From positions 1 through 60,141 of the IMG/VR virus record IMGVR_UViG_3300033076_000334: 60,141 nt of DNA. One strand, 5' to 3'. Below are positions 16,858-27,217 of the stretch, piece by piece (position 1 is the first letter of the stretch; every line of letters begins with the position of its first letter). The notes beneath the pieces are model-generated. The model ran no database searches and was not told the DNA's origin. It saw nothing but the letters and a program-made list of their open reading frames with translations. A program made the position numbers and the translations under genes. The DNA comes from a virus. Taxonomy: Duplodnaviria > Caudoviricetes.

Positions 16858-19704
16858 ATGACCTCATGGAGTTCTTTTCTCTCTACGGTTCTACCTGATG
16901 AAGGGTACTACTGCATAGCGAGTTATAAAAAGGGAACCAAGCCGCTTACGGATTTTGCCGATACAGTCGAAGGAACACAGGCACTTATACAAAAACTATT
17001 AGACAAGAAAAGAGACGTCTATTTTGGTTGCGCTAAGTTCGTCGACAACGAAAGCAGAGAAGCAAGTAATGCGGGTTGGGTAAAAGCCTACTGGCTAGAT
17101 TTAGATTGTGGTGCTGAAAAATTTGAAAAGAAGAAAGGCTACCTTACACAACAAGATGCACTCGTAGATTTACAACGTTTTTGCAAAGAATTAGGTTTAC
17201 CAAAACCACATCTCGTTAACTCAGGTAACGGCATCCACGCATACTGGGTGCTAAGCGAAGCTATTGAGGCTGACGAATGGAAGCTAACTGCGGAGTTATG
17301 GAAGCGCCAGCTAATTAAGCATGGGGTCATTGTTGACCACTCTCGTACTACGGACTTAGCTAGTGTATTGCGTGTACCTGATACGTTTAACTTTAAGGTT
17401 GACCCACCGATTGACGTTAAGTGGCTAACTGCGGATAAGCCGATACAGCCTATTTCATACTTTGCGTTCAAGATGCTGGTATCCAAAGACTTGAATGTAG
17501 GTGAGTTAGATTTAACTAAGCCTCCTCGCCGTCCAATGGATGAAACTACCCGTGCATTGATGGGTAACTATATGTCTAACTTTTCAGAAATTATGAAAAG
17601 CGGCAAGTGTGCTCAGCTTACTTATGCGTACAAAAACCAAGCCACCATAGGGTACGATTTATGGCGTGGTGCGCTCTCAGTTGCTCAGCGTTGTGAGGAC
17701 AGGGATACGGCTATTCATAAGTTGTCTGAGAAGCACCCTAACTACTCATGGGCAGATACAGAGGGTAAGGCTAACGATACAGGTGGTCCACAATTCTGCA
17801 CTACCTTTGAGAACAATAACCCAGGCGGATGCGATGGTTGCCCAAGCAAGGGCACAATTAGTTCCCCTATCCAGCTAAGCCGCTATGTAGCCAAGGCTAC
17901 CGAGGAAGATAACATAGTAACAATGCCTAGCTTTGAACTAGGGGGCGAAGTAACCTACACCATACCTCAGTTGCCGTTTCCATATTTCCGTGGAAAAAAC
18001 GGGGGTATATACCGTCAAGGCTTTACTAAGGACGAGGGTGAAGGCGAAGAAGTTATTGTTGAAAAAGACAAGCTAATCTACAAGCACGACTTCTATGTGG
18101 TTAAGCGCATGCTAGACCCTGAGTTGGGCGAAATGATTTGGATGCGTCTGCACTTACCTAATGATGGTGTACGAGAGTTTGCTTGTGCCGCAACAGAACT
18201 GATGGCGTTTGATACGTTTAAAAGTGTTGTGTCCAAGCGTGGCGTTATCGGCACCGCTAATGAAATGAAGGCAATTATGAACTATGTAACAGCGTTTGCA
18301 CAAGAGTTACTAGACCGAAATGCCGCAGAACAGATGCGTGTACAGTTCGGCTGGTGTGATGACGATACTAAATTTATCGTAGGCGACAAGGAAATCTCGA
18401 TTGATGGTACGAACTATTCACCACCATCTAGCACGACTATGCCATTTGTCCACCTATTCAAGCCAAAAGGTACCCTAGAGGAGCATAAGCGGGTAACTGA
18501 TGTCTATGCTAGACCGGGGCAAGAAGCACGTGCCTTCCTCTTTTTTGCTGGCTTGGGAGCACCTTTGCTGAAGTTCACTAAGCAAAAGGGCTTGATTTAT
18601 TCCATTACGGAAAACGAATCGGGTACTGGTAAGACAACTATTCAAAAGGTCATCAATAGTATTTGGGGTCAGCCGGACGACTTGATGCTGATTAAGGATG
18701 ACACGATTAAGTCTCAGTTCCATCAAATGGGTGTATTTAACAACTTGCCTATCTGCGTGGATGAGGTAACAGATATGACCAATGAGACAGTTAGTAAGAT
18801 TGCATATGGCATCTCACAAGGGCGTTCTAATAATCGTATGGAAGCAAGTTCTAACAAGATGCGATTGAATAACAGCCGTTGGTCGTTGCCAGCTTTCCTA
18901 TCAGGTAACTCCAGTATGCACGACAAGATCGCTGCTTTAAAGGCTACACCTGAGTCAGAACAGCTACGTATTGTTGAGGTAGAAATCGCACAGGATAAAG
19001 AACTTTCTAAAGAGTTTACCGATGAGATTTTCAATAACGTGATGCTTGAGAACTATGGGCATATTGGCACCGCTATGATGTCTTATATTGTGCCTAACTT
19101 GCCTGAGGTTAAAGAACTGCTTAAGAAGACCCAGCTTCAGTTTGATGGTGAAGCACAGCTACAACAAAAGCAACGGTTCTATTCTGCTGGTGCAGCTACG
19201 GCATTTACTGCGGCAATCATCGCTAAGAAACTTGGCTTGCATAACATTCCTATTGATACCGTATGGGACTGGGCTGTTAAATACTTTAGCGACTTGCGTG
19301 AGTCTGTCAAACCAGCTAGCCGTGATCCATTGGGGGCACTGGGTGCGTTCTTAAATGCCCATAACCGCAACCTCTTGGTAGTGGACAACATTAGCGACAA
19401 ACGTACTGGGCTGTCTCATGCACCGATTGTTGAACCTTATGGTCAGCTTATGACTCGCTATGAGCCTGATACAAACCTAGTTTATATTGCCGTTCAGCCA
19501 TTACGTGAATGGTGCACTAAGATGCAGATTTCTTATACTGGCTTGATTAACGGCTTGAAGAAGCTGGAAGCTGGCGGCACCATTATTAAGAAGGCTATGG
19601 CTAAAGGCAGTCCGTTAAACACACCACCAGTTAATGCAGTGCAGATTCTTAACTCTAAACTGCGCCTGATGGATGACATGACACCGCAGGATGCCGATTC
19701 TTAA
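16858..19704 (+). CDS. Primase-helicase (AEP/RepB-like primase, Cys cluster, DUF927 and P-loop ATPase)
   Basis: WLDLD, VNSGNGIHAYW, VLRVPDTFN, C..F...C..C, SGTGKTT, ICVDE. Confidence 0.88.
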   Translation: MTSWSSFLSTVLPDEGYYCIASYKKGTKPLTDFADTVEGTQALIQKLLDKKRDVYFGCAKFVDNESREASNAGWVKAYWLDLDCGAEKFEKKKGYLTQQDALVDLQRFCKELGLPKPHLVNSGNGIHAYWVLSEAIEADEWKLTAELWKRQLIKHGVIVDHSRTTDLASVLRVPDTFNFKVDPPIDVKWLTADKPIQPISYFAFKMLVSKDLNVGELDLTKPPRRPMDETTRALMGNYMSNFSEIMKSGKCAQLTYAYKNQATIGYDLWRGALSVAQRCEDRDTAIHKLSEKHPNYSWADTEGKANDTGGPQFCTTFENNNPGGCDGCPSKGTISSPIQLSRYVAKATEEDNIVTMPSFELGGEVTYTIPQLPFPYFRGKNGGIYRQGFTKDEGEGEEVIVEKDKLIYKHDFYVVKRMLDPELGEMIWMRLHLPNDGVREFACAATELMAFDTFKSVVSKRGVIGTANEMKAIMNYVTAFAQELLDRNAAEQMRVQFGWCDDDTKFIVGDKEISIDGTNYSPPSSTTMPFVHLFKPKGTLEEHKRVTDVYARPGQEARAFLFFAGLGAPLLKFTKQKGLIYSITENESGTGKTTIQKVINSIWGQPDDLMLIKDDTIKSQFHQMGVFNNLPICVDEVTDMTNETVSKIAYGISQGRSNNRMEASSNKMRLNNSRWSLPAFLSGNSSMHDKIAALKATPESEQLRIVEVEIAQDKELSKEFTDEIFNNVMLENYGHIGTAMMSYIVPNLPEVKELLKKTQLQFDGEAQLQQKQRFYSAGAATAFTAAIIAKKLGLHNIPIDTVWDWAVKYFSDLRESVKPASRDPLGALGAFLNAHNRNLLVVDNISDKRTGLSHAPIVEPYGQLMTRYEPDTNLVYIAVQPLREWCTKMQISYTGLINGLKKLEAGGTIIKKAMAKGSPLNTPPVNAVQILNSKLRLMDDMTPQDADS

Positions 19705-19894
19705 CGAAGGGGTCCCGGTCATCATTGAATGGCACAAGATGGTGCTGGGATCCTCTTTTTTTATTCCATGCCTCGATACCCGCAACCTAGCTAAAGAAAT
19801 TTTAATAGCAGCTAGGCAAAGGAAGATAAGGCTAGTGTATAAAGAAAAAGTTGAGAACGCAAAAATCGGTTTAAGATTCTGGCGTGTTAAATAA
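19691..19894 (+). CDS. Small hypothetical protein
   Basis: W..M..GSSFFIPC...GLRFWR; last gene of the + arm. Confidence 0.75.
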   Translation: MPILNEGVPVIIEWHKMVLGSSFFIPCLDTRNLAKEILIAARQRKIRLVYKEKVENAKIGLRFWRVK

Positions 19895-19911
19895 ACATGA
19901 TGTATATTGAG

Positions 19912-19988
19912 GTCTGCAAACTCTGGTTTGCTTCTCCCTCTCCTCGAAAAGATTCGAGTTCAAGCCCCCCTCCCCGGGGGCTTTTTTT
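19912..19988 (+). ncRNA. Candidate small RNA with a CU-rich anti-SD segment
   Basis: Upstream TATATT (19903-19908); hairpin, TTCTCCCTCTCC, hairpin, terminator. Confidence 0.45.
19962..19988 (+). terminator. Intrinsic terminator between the convergent arms
   Basis: AAGCCCCC-loop-GGGGGCTT followed by a T run. Confidence 0.85.
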
Positions 19989-22900
19989 ATAGCTTTGCGT
20001 TCTTACGCATCCGGTATGTAGGCTCTACTAGGCGTTCACGTATTTGGTTTAGTTCTTTAATACGGACAGCTTTTTCTGCGCCAGTCATACCGTATGGGTT
20101 ATCTTCAGTTCTGTTAGGTAAGTTCAGTACACGGTTTTCTTCACGCTTAAGTTTTTCTAGTGCGTTGCTAATGTCTTTAATACCTTCATACTGGTTAGAT
20201 AAAGTCCTACGTTCTGGAGTATTGATGTACTCTCTAGCTTCTTTACTATTGTATTTAGCACGATCACGATAGCTATCCACTACCTTGTTTACGTCACGTG
20301 CCACTTCATAGAAGTCAGACAACACAGCAGTATTTTCTTCTTTGCCTAGCATTACACCAATGTTTGGTGTACGGGATAGCGTTTCACGCCAAGACTTTTC
20401 AGCACGAGGAACACCACGCATCTCTGCAATAATGGTATCAGTAGCCATACCCACAATAGTAGCAACAGAACCCGTATAACCCCGCAACAAATGCTCAAGG
20501 TTAACTGGGGCAACGTTGATTGCTTTACCTAAAACCTTAGCCCACTCCGCAGTAGACTTGGTGTACTGCTGGTCAGCCTCTAACTTTTTCATTGTTGGGT
20601 TAATGATGTTACGGTTTTGGAACATATCGTAGTTCATCATTACTTCTGCCGTTGGGCGAATAAACTGTGGTACACCTTCAGATGGAGGAGCCAGTGAACC
20701 CTTGACCGCTTTAGAAATAGCGTTCTTTAGGTGGGCAGAATCTACGTACCCTTTGTCCATAATAAGGTTGTATGTGTACTCACCAGCAATTTTAGGTAGC
20801 GCAAATAAATCCATACGGATTGGGATGCCCATGCCAGTACCTGGAATCATCCAAAGGCGGTCACGTACTTCCTTATTCTTTTTATCATAATCCTCATCGT
20901 CGCCCATCATGGCTGCGTATAAGAAACTTACTGCGCCTATTTTTGCAGACGTTGATGCAAGTGTTTTTAAACCAGCCATACGCTCTTGAGGGACGATACC
21001 TTTACCGCTAGCGGTTCTAAGCGTAACAGAAAGAACTTGATTCCACGCATTAAAGAACGGGATAATTTGGCTAGCATATTGCACACCTTCCATACCACTT
21101 ACACGACGGAAGTTTACGATTTCGGTTGCACGTTCAGTAGCTTCTACGTCGCTTTGCCCCTCTTTACGGGCTTGGTTATACACACCTTGACGTACTACGT
21201 TATCTGCTAAAGAAGCAAACTTATCTAACGCACGGGCAGTTCTTTTTAATCTGCCGGGCTTTTCAAAACCAAGGCGCTCACCAATAGCATCGGCTTCATT
21301 TAACGCTGCATAATCATGGGTTTCTAAAATACCCTTACGGATAAGCAGTTCACGAGTTGCGCTAGTGTCTTTGTATGTACGATATATCTCTTTACCAATT
21401 TCACCTAAAGTACGGAATGGGTGTTTTAGTCCTGAGGTAAACATAACCGCATACGCATCCATGAATACCTGACCAATAGGGAAGGTTGGAAAGCGGGTTA
21501 CAGAATGGCGTAATACATTAGAAGCACCTCTTAATGCCCCAATACTAGGGAAAACCATAGGTGCCATGTGAGAGAAAGCCTGTGCAACTAATGGGTCTGA
21601 TACGTTATAAAAACGTTGTACGCCATCACGATAAATACCAAACGTGTTGCTGTCAGCGCCTTTTCCTTCTTTTACTTCTTCTGGAAGCACTGCCGCATAT
21701 TGGTCAATCATTACCTGTTGTTGTTTGTTACTAATCGAACTAGCAATCGCCCACTGCATCCACTTGTGCATATTACCGATAGGGCTAGTTACTTCCAACT
21801 CACTACCTTCCATGTGGGCACGTAATGGGGTCATAGACTCTTTAAGTCCACGATTAATAATGACATCAGTGCTAGCCTTTTTTTCTTCTTTTAAGTCACG
21901 GAAGAACGGTACATACGCAGCCTCATCCATCCACTGCTGGGCTTTTTCCTCGGTCAACATACCGCTATCGACCATCATCTTGAGGGTGCGACCACGCATC
22001 GTATTCCAAACTTTAGTACCCAGTTGGATTTCCGGATGGCGGTTGTACAAGTCCATACCTTCTTTAACCTGAGCACGGGTCTTGTGGCGAACCTTACCTT
22101 CTAGTTCTTCGATACGTTTGTTTAACTTGTCTAGCAACGCATTTTTAGTATCAAGTTCTTTTTGCTCATCCTTGGTACGCTTACGATTGCGTCTTAAAGC
22201 ATCAATTTTTTTCTCAGCAAGTGTTGCTTCTGTTTTTGCTTTGGTTAGGTCGTCGTAGAAACTATTTAAGCGATTGGCTTCATATGCAGCGTCCATCATC
22301 TGCATAGCGGTAACTTCGTCTACATTTAATCTTTCGGCTAATTTACCAATAATACCTTCAAATACACGCATGTTTACTTCATCAGGAACGGCTTCCCAAC
22401 GATTAGTAACTTCATCATATTTGTAACCACCCAACTCCATAATTTGGTTGGCTAGGTTAGAACGGTGCAATGCCTGAGAGGTACTGATGCGAAGCATAGC
22501 TTGCTTGACCTGATCCATAGTCAGATCACCCTGCGCCTTTAACTGCATGAAGTGCTTGTATATGCGATCACTAAAGGCTTTATCAAATGAAAAGTACACT
22601 TGACCTTTAGTAAACAATGCCTCTATACGATTGGCACCACGCTCTCTAGCTTTTTTAAATTCCTCAGTCTTCTTTGAGAACCAGTTTGTGCTTGGGCGTT
22701 TTTGGCGCTGACCAAAACCTTCAATGCTTTTCTTATCCTCTTCCGTTAAGCGTGAGGTATCAATTGCGGGTTTAGTCTTTAGTGGAGCAGTCCCAGCATT
22801 TCGTACTCCCTTTTCTCCAGCATCAAGTCCTCCAGTAGTTCCGACAGGGCTGACCACTCCTCCAGGGACAGATGTTTGAGTTGCGGCGGGGGCAACGCTT

Positions 22901-24744
22901 GAAACGCTAGGCACTCGAACGCTAGGCTCACTTCCTCCGGCGACAGCTCCAGAAACGTCTCCTCGTGGTACATTTTGTGTCTCCTTAGAAATAGAGTCAA
23001 TAAAATTACCAACTCTTGTTGCCATTTCAGAACTAATTTTACCCTGAGAATACTTAGTTAGTGCATCTATAACTTGTTGTTTTTCCGTAGGGTCAGACAG
23101 TTTTTTACCTAAAATGGCTTCACGTAATTTTTTATTCCCCTTGCCGATTTTCATCGTTTTGAAATCGTCTTCGGTTATTTCGTTTGCTACGTTTAGTTCA
23201 GGTTCAGCAACAGCTTCTTCGGTAGGTAGTTCTTTAGCTGCTTTTTTACCTTCAGCTAATAGTTCTTTCTGACGTGCATCAATCTGAATACCTTGTTCTT
23301 CAATGGCATTTAGCTGCTGTGTAATAGGCAACTTGTCATCGAGTTTAGGTGTAGCATCTCGTTGCTCTGTAAGCTGCTGTTTAATCTGAATTAATGCTAA
23401 TTTCTTTTGCTCTAGTGCATCGTACTCTTGCTTGAATGTATCAAGCGTTGCCCCAGGTCCCTGCTGGACATCCAGTTCTAACTTAGAAATCTGGTCACGA
23501 ATAGCAAGGGCTTCATCACGATTAGTAGTTTGGCTTAGCTTTTGTTTTAAATCAGCAATTTGCGCTAAGGCTTTATCACTAGCTTCTTGCTTGGCTTGTA
23601 CTGCTGCATCAGCAACTGGCTTTGTTACGGTTTTGCCTTCAGCCGTAGTACCTACTTTTTCACTAGGAGTAATTTGGTACGGGGCTTCTTCTTGTGTAAA
23701 CAAGTCTCCCTGTCCAGTTAGAGGTGTGCCGGCAGTTGTTGTTTCTTCTTGTGGGGTCTGAGCAGCTTGAGCTGCAGCTTCTCTTTTAGCCAATACGTCT
23801 TTGTCAATAATTTGACCAGTCTCATCTACGGCTACGCTACCCGGGGCTTTAGTTTCTTCTGCAGGAGCCTCGGTTTTAGTCTTAGGTCTATTTATGTATT
23901 CTTTACCTGCCTGTACACCACCACCCAAGCCAGTACCTACAATTGCACCTTCAAGCATGCTTTGTGCAAGTTCGTTAGTGTCCACGCCCTTCTTAGTACC
24001 AGCAGTACCACCAAGATAGCCAACACCCTCTTCTATTGCTTCGGTGCCAGACTGGATGCCCATTTCTTTAGCAACACGACCAGTAACTGTTTTACCTGTT
24101 ACCCCTTTGCCTTTTAACAACCCTTTGGTAGCAAACTTCTCTAGACTAGCTTCAAGTACGGCTGCACCAGCAGCAGCTGCAACGTCGCTAACAGTAACAT
24201 CTTCTAGTTTTTTATCGTCGTTCTTAATACGGTCATTAAGAATCTCGTTGGTACGTGCAGCAACATAAGCAGGCATCGCCACAACTGCAGCTGCCATATC
24301 TGGGCTAGAAGAAATAACACGCTCAGCAATAAAAGGCACTACCTTCAACGGGTTACTACTTAGTTCGTTTAGCTTCGTAGAAGGTTCATAACCAATATCT
24401 TTACCCCAATTTTTAAGAGAGTCTGCCCAGCCAAACAGCGGTTCTAGCTGGCGGTTTTCTTTAATTTGCTCAGGAGTTAAGCCTGATAATGGGATTGCGC
24501 TTTCGAGTGTGTCACCAGCTTTTTCTGCAACACGAGCAATACCTTCTATGCCCTCACCAAGAATAGAAGCACCACGAGCAGCCAAGCCTTTAAATGGGTT
24601 AGATGTTTTTGCTTCGGGTGCGGCTTGCTGTGGCATATTTGCCTGTGCAGCGGCGGCAGCATATGCTTGAACATCTGTTAGTTCAGTAGGTGATTCTACC
24701 TGGTATTTACCCTGCCCGGGTATCTCAATCTCATAAAGAGGCAT
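19987..24744 (-). CDS. Large internal virion/ejection protein with LPD38-like C-terminal domain
   Basis: 1585 aa, last gene of the structural arm; YVPFFR, IPFFNA, DEDY, P..E...N...F..R.I, LEHLLRGYTG motifs. Confidence 0.75.
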   Translation of the reverse strand: MPLYEIEIPGQGKYQVESPTELTDVQAYAAAAAQANMPQQAAPEAKTSNPFKGLAARGASILGEGIEGIARVAEKAGDTLESAIPLSGLTPEQIKENRQLEPLFGWADSLKNWGKDIGYEPSTKLNELSSNPLKVVPFIAERVISSSPDMAAAVVAMPAYVAARTNEILNDRIKNDDKKLEDVTVSDVAAAAGAAVLEASLEKFATKGLLKGKGVTGKTVTGRVAKEMGIQSGTEAIEEGVGYLGGTAGTKKGVDTNELAQSMLEGAIVGTGLGGGVQAGKEYINRPKTKTEAPAEETKAPGSVAVDETGQIIDKDVLAKREAAAQAAQTPQEETTTAGTPLTGQGDLFTQEEAPYQITPSEKVGTTAEGKTVTKPVADAAVQAKQEASDKALAQIADLKQKLSQTTNRDEALAIRDQISKLELDVQQGPGATLDTFKQEYDALEQKKLALIQIKQQLTEQRDATPKLDDKLPITQQLNAIEEQGIQIDARQKELLAEGKKAAKELPTEEAVAEPELNVANEITEDDFKTMKIGKGNKKLREAILGKKLSDPTEKQQVIDALTKYSQGKISSEMATRVGNFIDSISKETQNVPRGDVSGAVAGGSEPSVRVPSVSSVAPAATQTSVPGGVVSPVGTTGGLDAGEKGVRNAGTAPLKTKPAIDTSRLTEEDKKSIEGFGQRQKRPSTNWFSKKTEEFKKARERGANRIEALFTKGQVYFSFDKAFSDRIYKHFMQLKAQGDLTMDQVKQAMLRISTSQALHRSNLANQIMELGGYKYDEVTNRWEAVPDEVNMRVFEGIIGKLAERLNVDEVTAMQMMDAAYEANRLNSFYDDLTKAKTEATLAEKKIDALRRNRKRTKDEQKELDTKNALLDKLNKRIEELEGKVRHKTRAQVKEGMDLYNRHPEIQLGTKVWNTMRGRTLKMMVDSGMLTEEKAQQWMDEAAYVPFFRDLKEEKKASTDVIINRGLKESMTPLRAHMEGSELEVTSPIGNMHKWMQWAIASSISNKQQQVMIDQYAAVLPEEVKEGKGADSNTFGIYRDGVQRFYNVSDPLVAQAFSHMAPMVFPSIGALRGASNVLRHSVTRFPTFPIGQVFMDAYAVMFTSGLKHPFRTLGEIGKEIYRTYKDTSATRELLIRKGILETHDYAALNEADAIGERLGFEKPGRLKRTARALDKFASLADNVVRQGVYNQARKEGQSDVEATERATEIVNFRRVSGMEGVQYASQIIPFFNAWNQVLSVTLRTASGKGIVPQERMAGLKTLASTSAKIGAVSFLYAAMMGDDEDYDKKNKEVRDRLWMIPGTGMGIPIRMDLFALPKIAGEYTYNLIMDKGYVDSAHLKNAISKAVKGSLAPPSEGVPQFIRPTAEVMMNYDMFQNRNIINPTMKKLEADQQYTKSTAEWAKVLGKAINVAPVNLEHLLRGYTGSVATIVGMATDTIIAEMRGVPRAEKSWRETLSRTPNIGVMLGKEENTAVLSDFYEVARDVNKVVDSYRDRAKYNSKEAREYINTPERRTLSNQYEGIKDISNALEKLKREENRVLNLPNRTEDNPYGMTGAEKAVRIKELNQIRERLVEPTYRMRKNAKL

Positions 24745-24745
24745 A

Positions 24746-26779
24746 TTAGCCTACCTTTTTAACTACTACGCCTTTAGGAAGATCTAGTGTACCACCAGTG
24801 GGTGCAGCCGTACCAGTAGAGCCTTTCTTAGGTCTGCCAGCCATAGACTCTTCGTCAATCTGACGTTTAGCTGTGTTGTAGGCATCGAGTACTTGTTGCT
24901 CAGTAGGGGCAACAGCGTTACCAATAATAAGTTTAGCTCTTGCAGTAATAGCATCGTTGTACTTTTTCTCATCCCCTTGTTGCTTTAAAAGGGCACGATC
25001 GGCTGCTTTTTCTTTAGCAATAAGTTCGTTGCTTCTTGCACGCTCTGCGGTAGCTGCTTCACTAGTCGCACCAGTAATTGCATAGTGCATAAGGTTTTGA
25101 CGATCAGTGCTATTAAGTTTAGCAAGGTCAATCTCACCAGAACGCAAACCTTTGAGCATATCAGCGTAGTCTTTTTCGCCCTTAGCATAAGTACCAAGAC
25201 CTTCTTGTAAACCTTCACCAAAGCCAACAAATGGATTAGGGCTTGTGCTTGTCATAGTTTTAGCGCCACCCATCATTAAAGAGCGCCAGAAGTTTTGGTT
25301 TTGAGCGTCTTTAGCTTGCTCACGTTGAGCAGCAATCTCTTCGCTAATCATGCGTTGTTCTTCAGTAGGCTTGCCGTAGCCCATTTCTTCTAGACCAGTA
25401 ATGTATTTTTGTACGTTTTCAAAACCACCAATATCAGGGTCTTTAACCTTTTTACCAGTAGAGAACGCAACAATACCACCACCAGCCATGGTAGCCATGC
25501 CATCCATATTAGGGGCAGGTGCAGAAGCTAAACCCATAGAGGCTTCTGCTTTTTTAGCAGCTACTTTTTCAGCTAAGATGCGTGTGGCTTTTTCACGGAT
25601 CTCTTGGCTTTGGCTAGTCTTAGCAATTTGTGCCAATCTAATTGTATCCATTGCTTCAAGATCGGATTCAACCGCACCACCTACATCATACTTTTTTACT
25701 TTAATCTGTCCACCCTTTTTCTTAAAGCCACCAGCAGCACCATAAGCGCCAATACCAGTTGCAGCAAGACCACCAAGCTGTGAAATAGCGCTTGGGTTTT
25801 GGTACATTTGGGTTGAAGTAGATTGCATAGGTAAACCACGCAGCATATTGGACATCATGCCCAACTGCATATATGGATACTGTTGTGCAGTAGCGTAGTC
25901 AGAAATAGCTTGATTAATCTTAGCTTGTTCCATCTGTTGCTGTTGTTGACCAAACTGGTTTTGTCCTTGTAGGATGCCCATTTGTTGACCATACTGAGTC
26001 TGACCTAATTGACCCAATGCAGTACCCGCATTAAGGGCTTGACCATAGCCTTGTAGACCAGTTTGCAAACCTTGTAATCCTAAGTTAGCACCATACTGTT
26101 GAGCTTGCTGCGCTGTATCAAATGCTCTTTGTGCGCCCTGTGCCTCGATACCTTGCAACTGAGACATCAAACCACGACCAGCTTCAGCTTGTTGCAAAGC
26201 CATACGATTACCGCCAAACGCACCTTGACCTACAGCCTGTGCTTGTAGTTTAGGCATAGCCATAGCATAGTCACGTAATGCTTGACCTTTTTGGTAGTTA
26301 ACAACGTTCTGCATATAAGGCGACATATATGCTGCAACAGAATTAGGGTTGGTCGCCATGTTTGCATAGTTTTGTCCAGCCATAGCCGCTTGCGTGCCAA
26401 GACCAATAGAGCCAAGACCAGCCGCACCAGCCATCTGCGAACCTTCGCCAATTTGAGGAGCAACCTGCATATTAGCCATACCTTGGTACGACTGTTGTTG
26501 CATTGGGGAAGGGCCAGCAAAGTAATCATTTACGTTAGTGCTGTATGGTTGGTATGGTTTAAAACCAGAAATTTGTGTAGTGCCCTCTGTAGCAGGGCTA
26601 ATCATGTTACCCATCTCATCATACGTAGCAGGTTTAGCACCAACTTGCTGAGTATTAAACAGTTGCGCCTGTGTAGCGCCAAGCATATTCTCGACGTAGG
26701 GCCGAGCGTATTCTGGGATATTCGAAGTTTCTGTCTTAGTGGATGAAGGACCACCACCGCCACCGCCGCCCATGCTCAT
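24746..26779 (-). CDS. Internal virion (DNA ejection) protein
   Basis: Gln/Gly/Ala-rich; IPEYARPY, YMSPYMQNV, GAFGG.R; position next to the large ejection protein. Confidence 0.72.
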   Translation of the reverse strand: MSMGGGGGGGPSSTKTETSNIPEYARPYVENMLGATQAQLFNTQQVGAKPATYDEMGNMISPATEGTTQISGFKPYQPYSTNVNDYFAGPSPMQQQSYQGMANMQVAPQIGEGSQMAGAAGLGSIGLGTQAAMAGQNYANMATNPNSVAAYMSPYMQNVVNYQKGQALRDYAMAMPKLQAQAVGQGAFGGNRMALQQAEAGRGLMSQLQGIEAQGAQRAFDTAQQAQQYGANLGLQGLQTGLQGYGQALNAGTALGQLGQTQYGQQMGILQGQNQFGQQQQQMEQAKINQAISDYATAQQYPYMQLGMMSNMLRGLPMQSTSTQMYQNPSAISQLGGLAATGIGAYGAAGGFKKKGGQIKVKKYDVGGAVESDLEAMDTIRLAQIAKTSQSQEIREKATRILAEKVAAKKAEASMGLASAPAPNMDGMATMAGGGIVAFSTGKKVKDPDIGGFENVQKYITGLEEMGYGKPTEEQRMISEEIAAQREQAKDAQNQNFWRSLMMGGAKTMTSTSPNPFVGFGEGLQEGLGTYAKGEKDYADMLKGLRSGEIDLAKLNSTDRQNLMHYAITGATSEAATAERARSNELIAKEKAADRALLKQQGDEKKYNDAITARAKLIIGNAVAPTEQQVLDAYNTAKRQIDEESMAGRPKKGSTGTAAPTGGTLDLPKGVVVKKVG

Positions 26780-26782
26780 AAC

Positions 26783-27217
26783 TTATTCCTTAAAAAATCT
26801 TTGGTAAACAACGCTTTGCACGTCGTACCCATACTTACTAATATGCTTACCCCAGCCGGGGCGCCCAATAAATTCAATTCCTGCACAACCCAAGTCTTTA
26901 GCAAATTTTTCTGCCGTAGACTGCATTTTGTCTTCAATATACTGCATATGGTTATCTTCTATACAACAGTACTGTACTACTAACATTTTACACTGTGGAT
27001 ACTGTTTAGCCTCAGTAATTATATGTCCGTAAATCTTTTTGCTTTCGATGGAAAATACCACCCAAAGCTGCATTTGTCCAGTAAGAACAAAGCGTAATAT
27101 GTCATCAACTTTAGTACGTCCTCTGTCCCATATCTCAGATTTTGCAAGGTATGGAAGTAGGCTTGGTATTGTTTCTGATACATTGCCTAGTGGTACTAAA
27201 GAAAGTTCTAAGTTCAT
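26783..27217 (-). CDS. GNAT-like virion assembly protein
   Basis: G.MQLWV, YPQ.K.L, FAKD.GC..IE..GR.GW; typical position among podovirus internal genes. Confidence 0.62.
   Translation of the reverse strand: MNLELSLVPLGNVSETIPSLLPYLAKSEIWDRGRTKVDDILRFVLTGQMQLWVVFSIESKKIYGHIITEAKQYPQCKMLVVQYCCIEDNHMQYIEDKMQSTAEKFAKDLGCAGIEFIGRPGWGKHISKYGYDVQSVVYQRFFKE

Noticed and set aside
19912-19970. tRNA (contains TTCGAG, resembling a T-loop)
   Set aside because: No cloverleaf, acceptor stem or anticodon arm can be built
19907-20272. 121-aa + strand ORF, and other short antisense ORFs in the track such as 45823..46005 and 59579..60124
   Set aside because: They cross a terminator or overlap well-supported genes on the opposite strand and lack RBS or motifs
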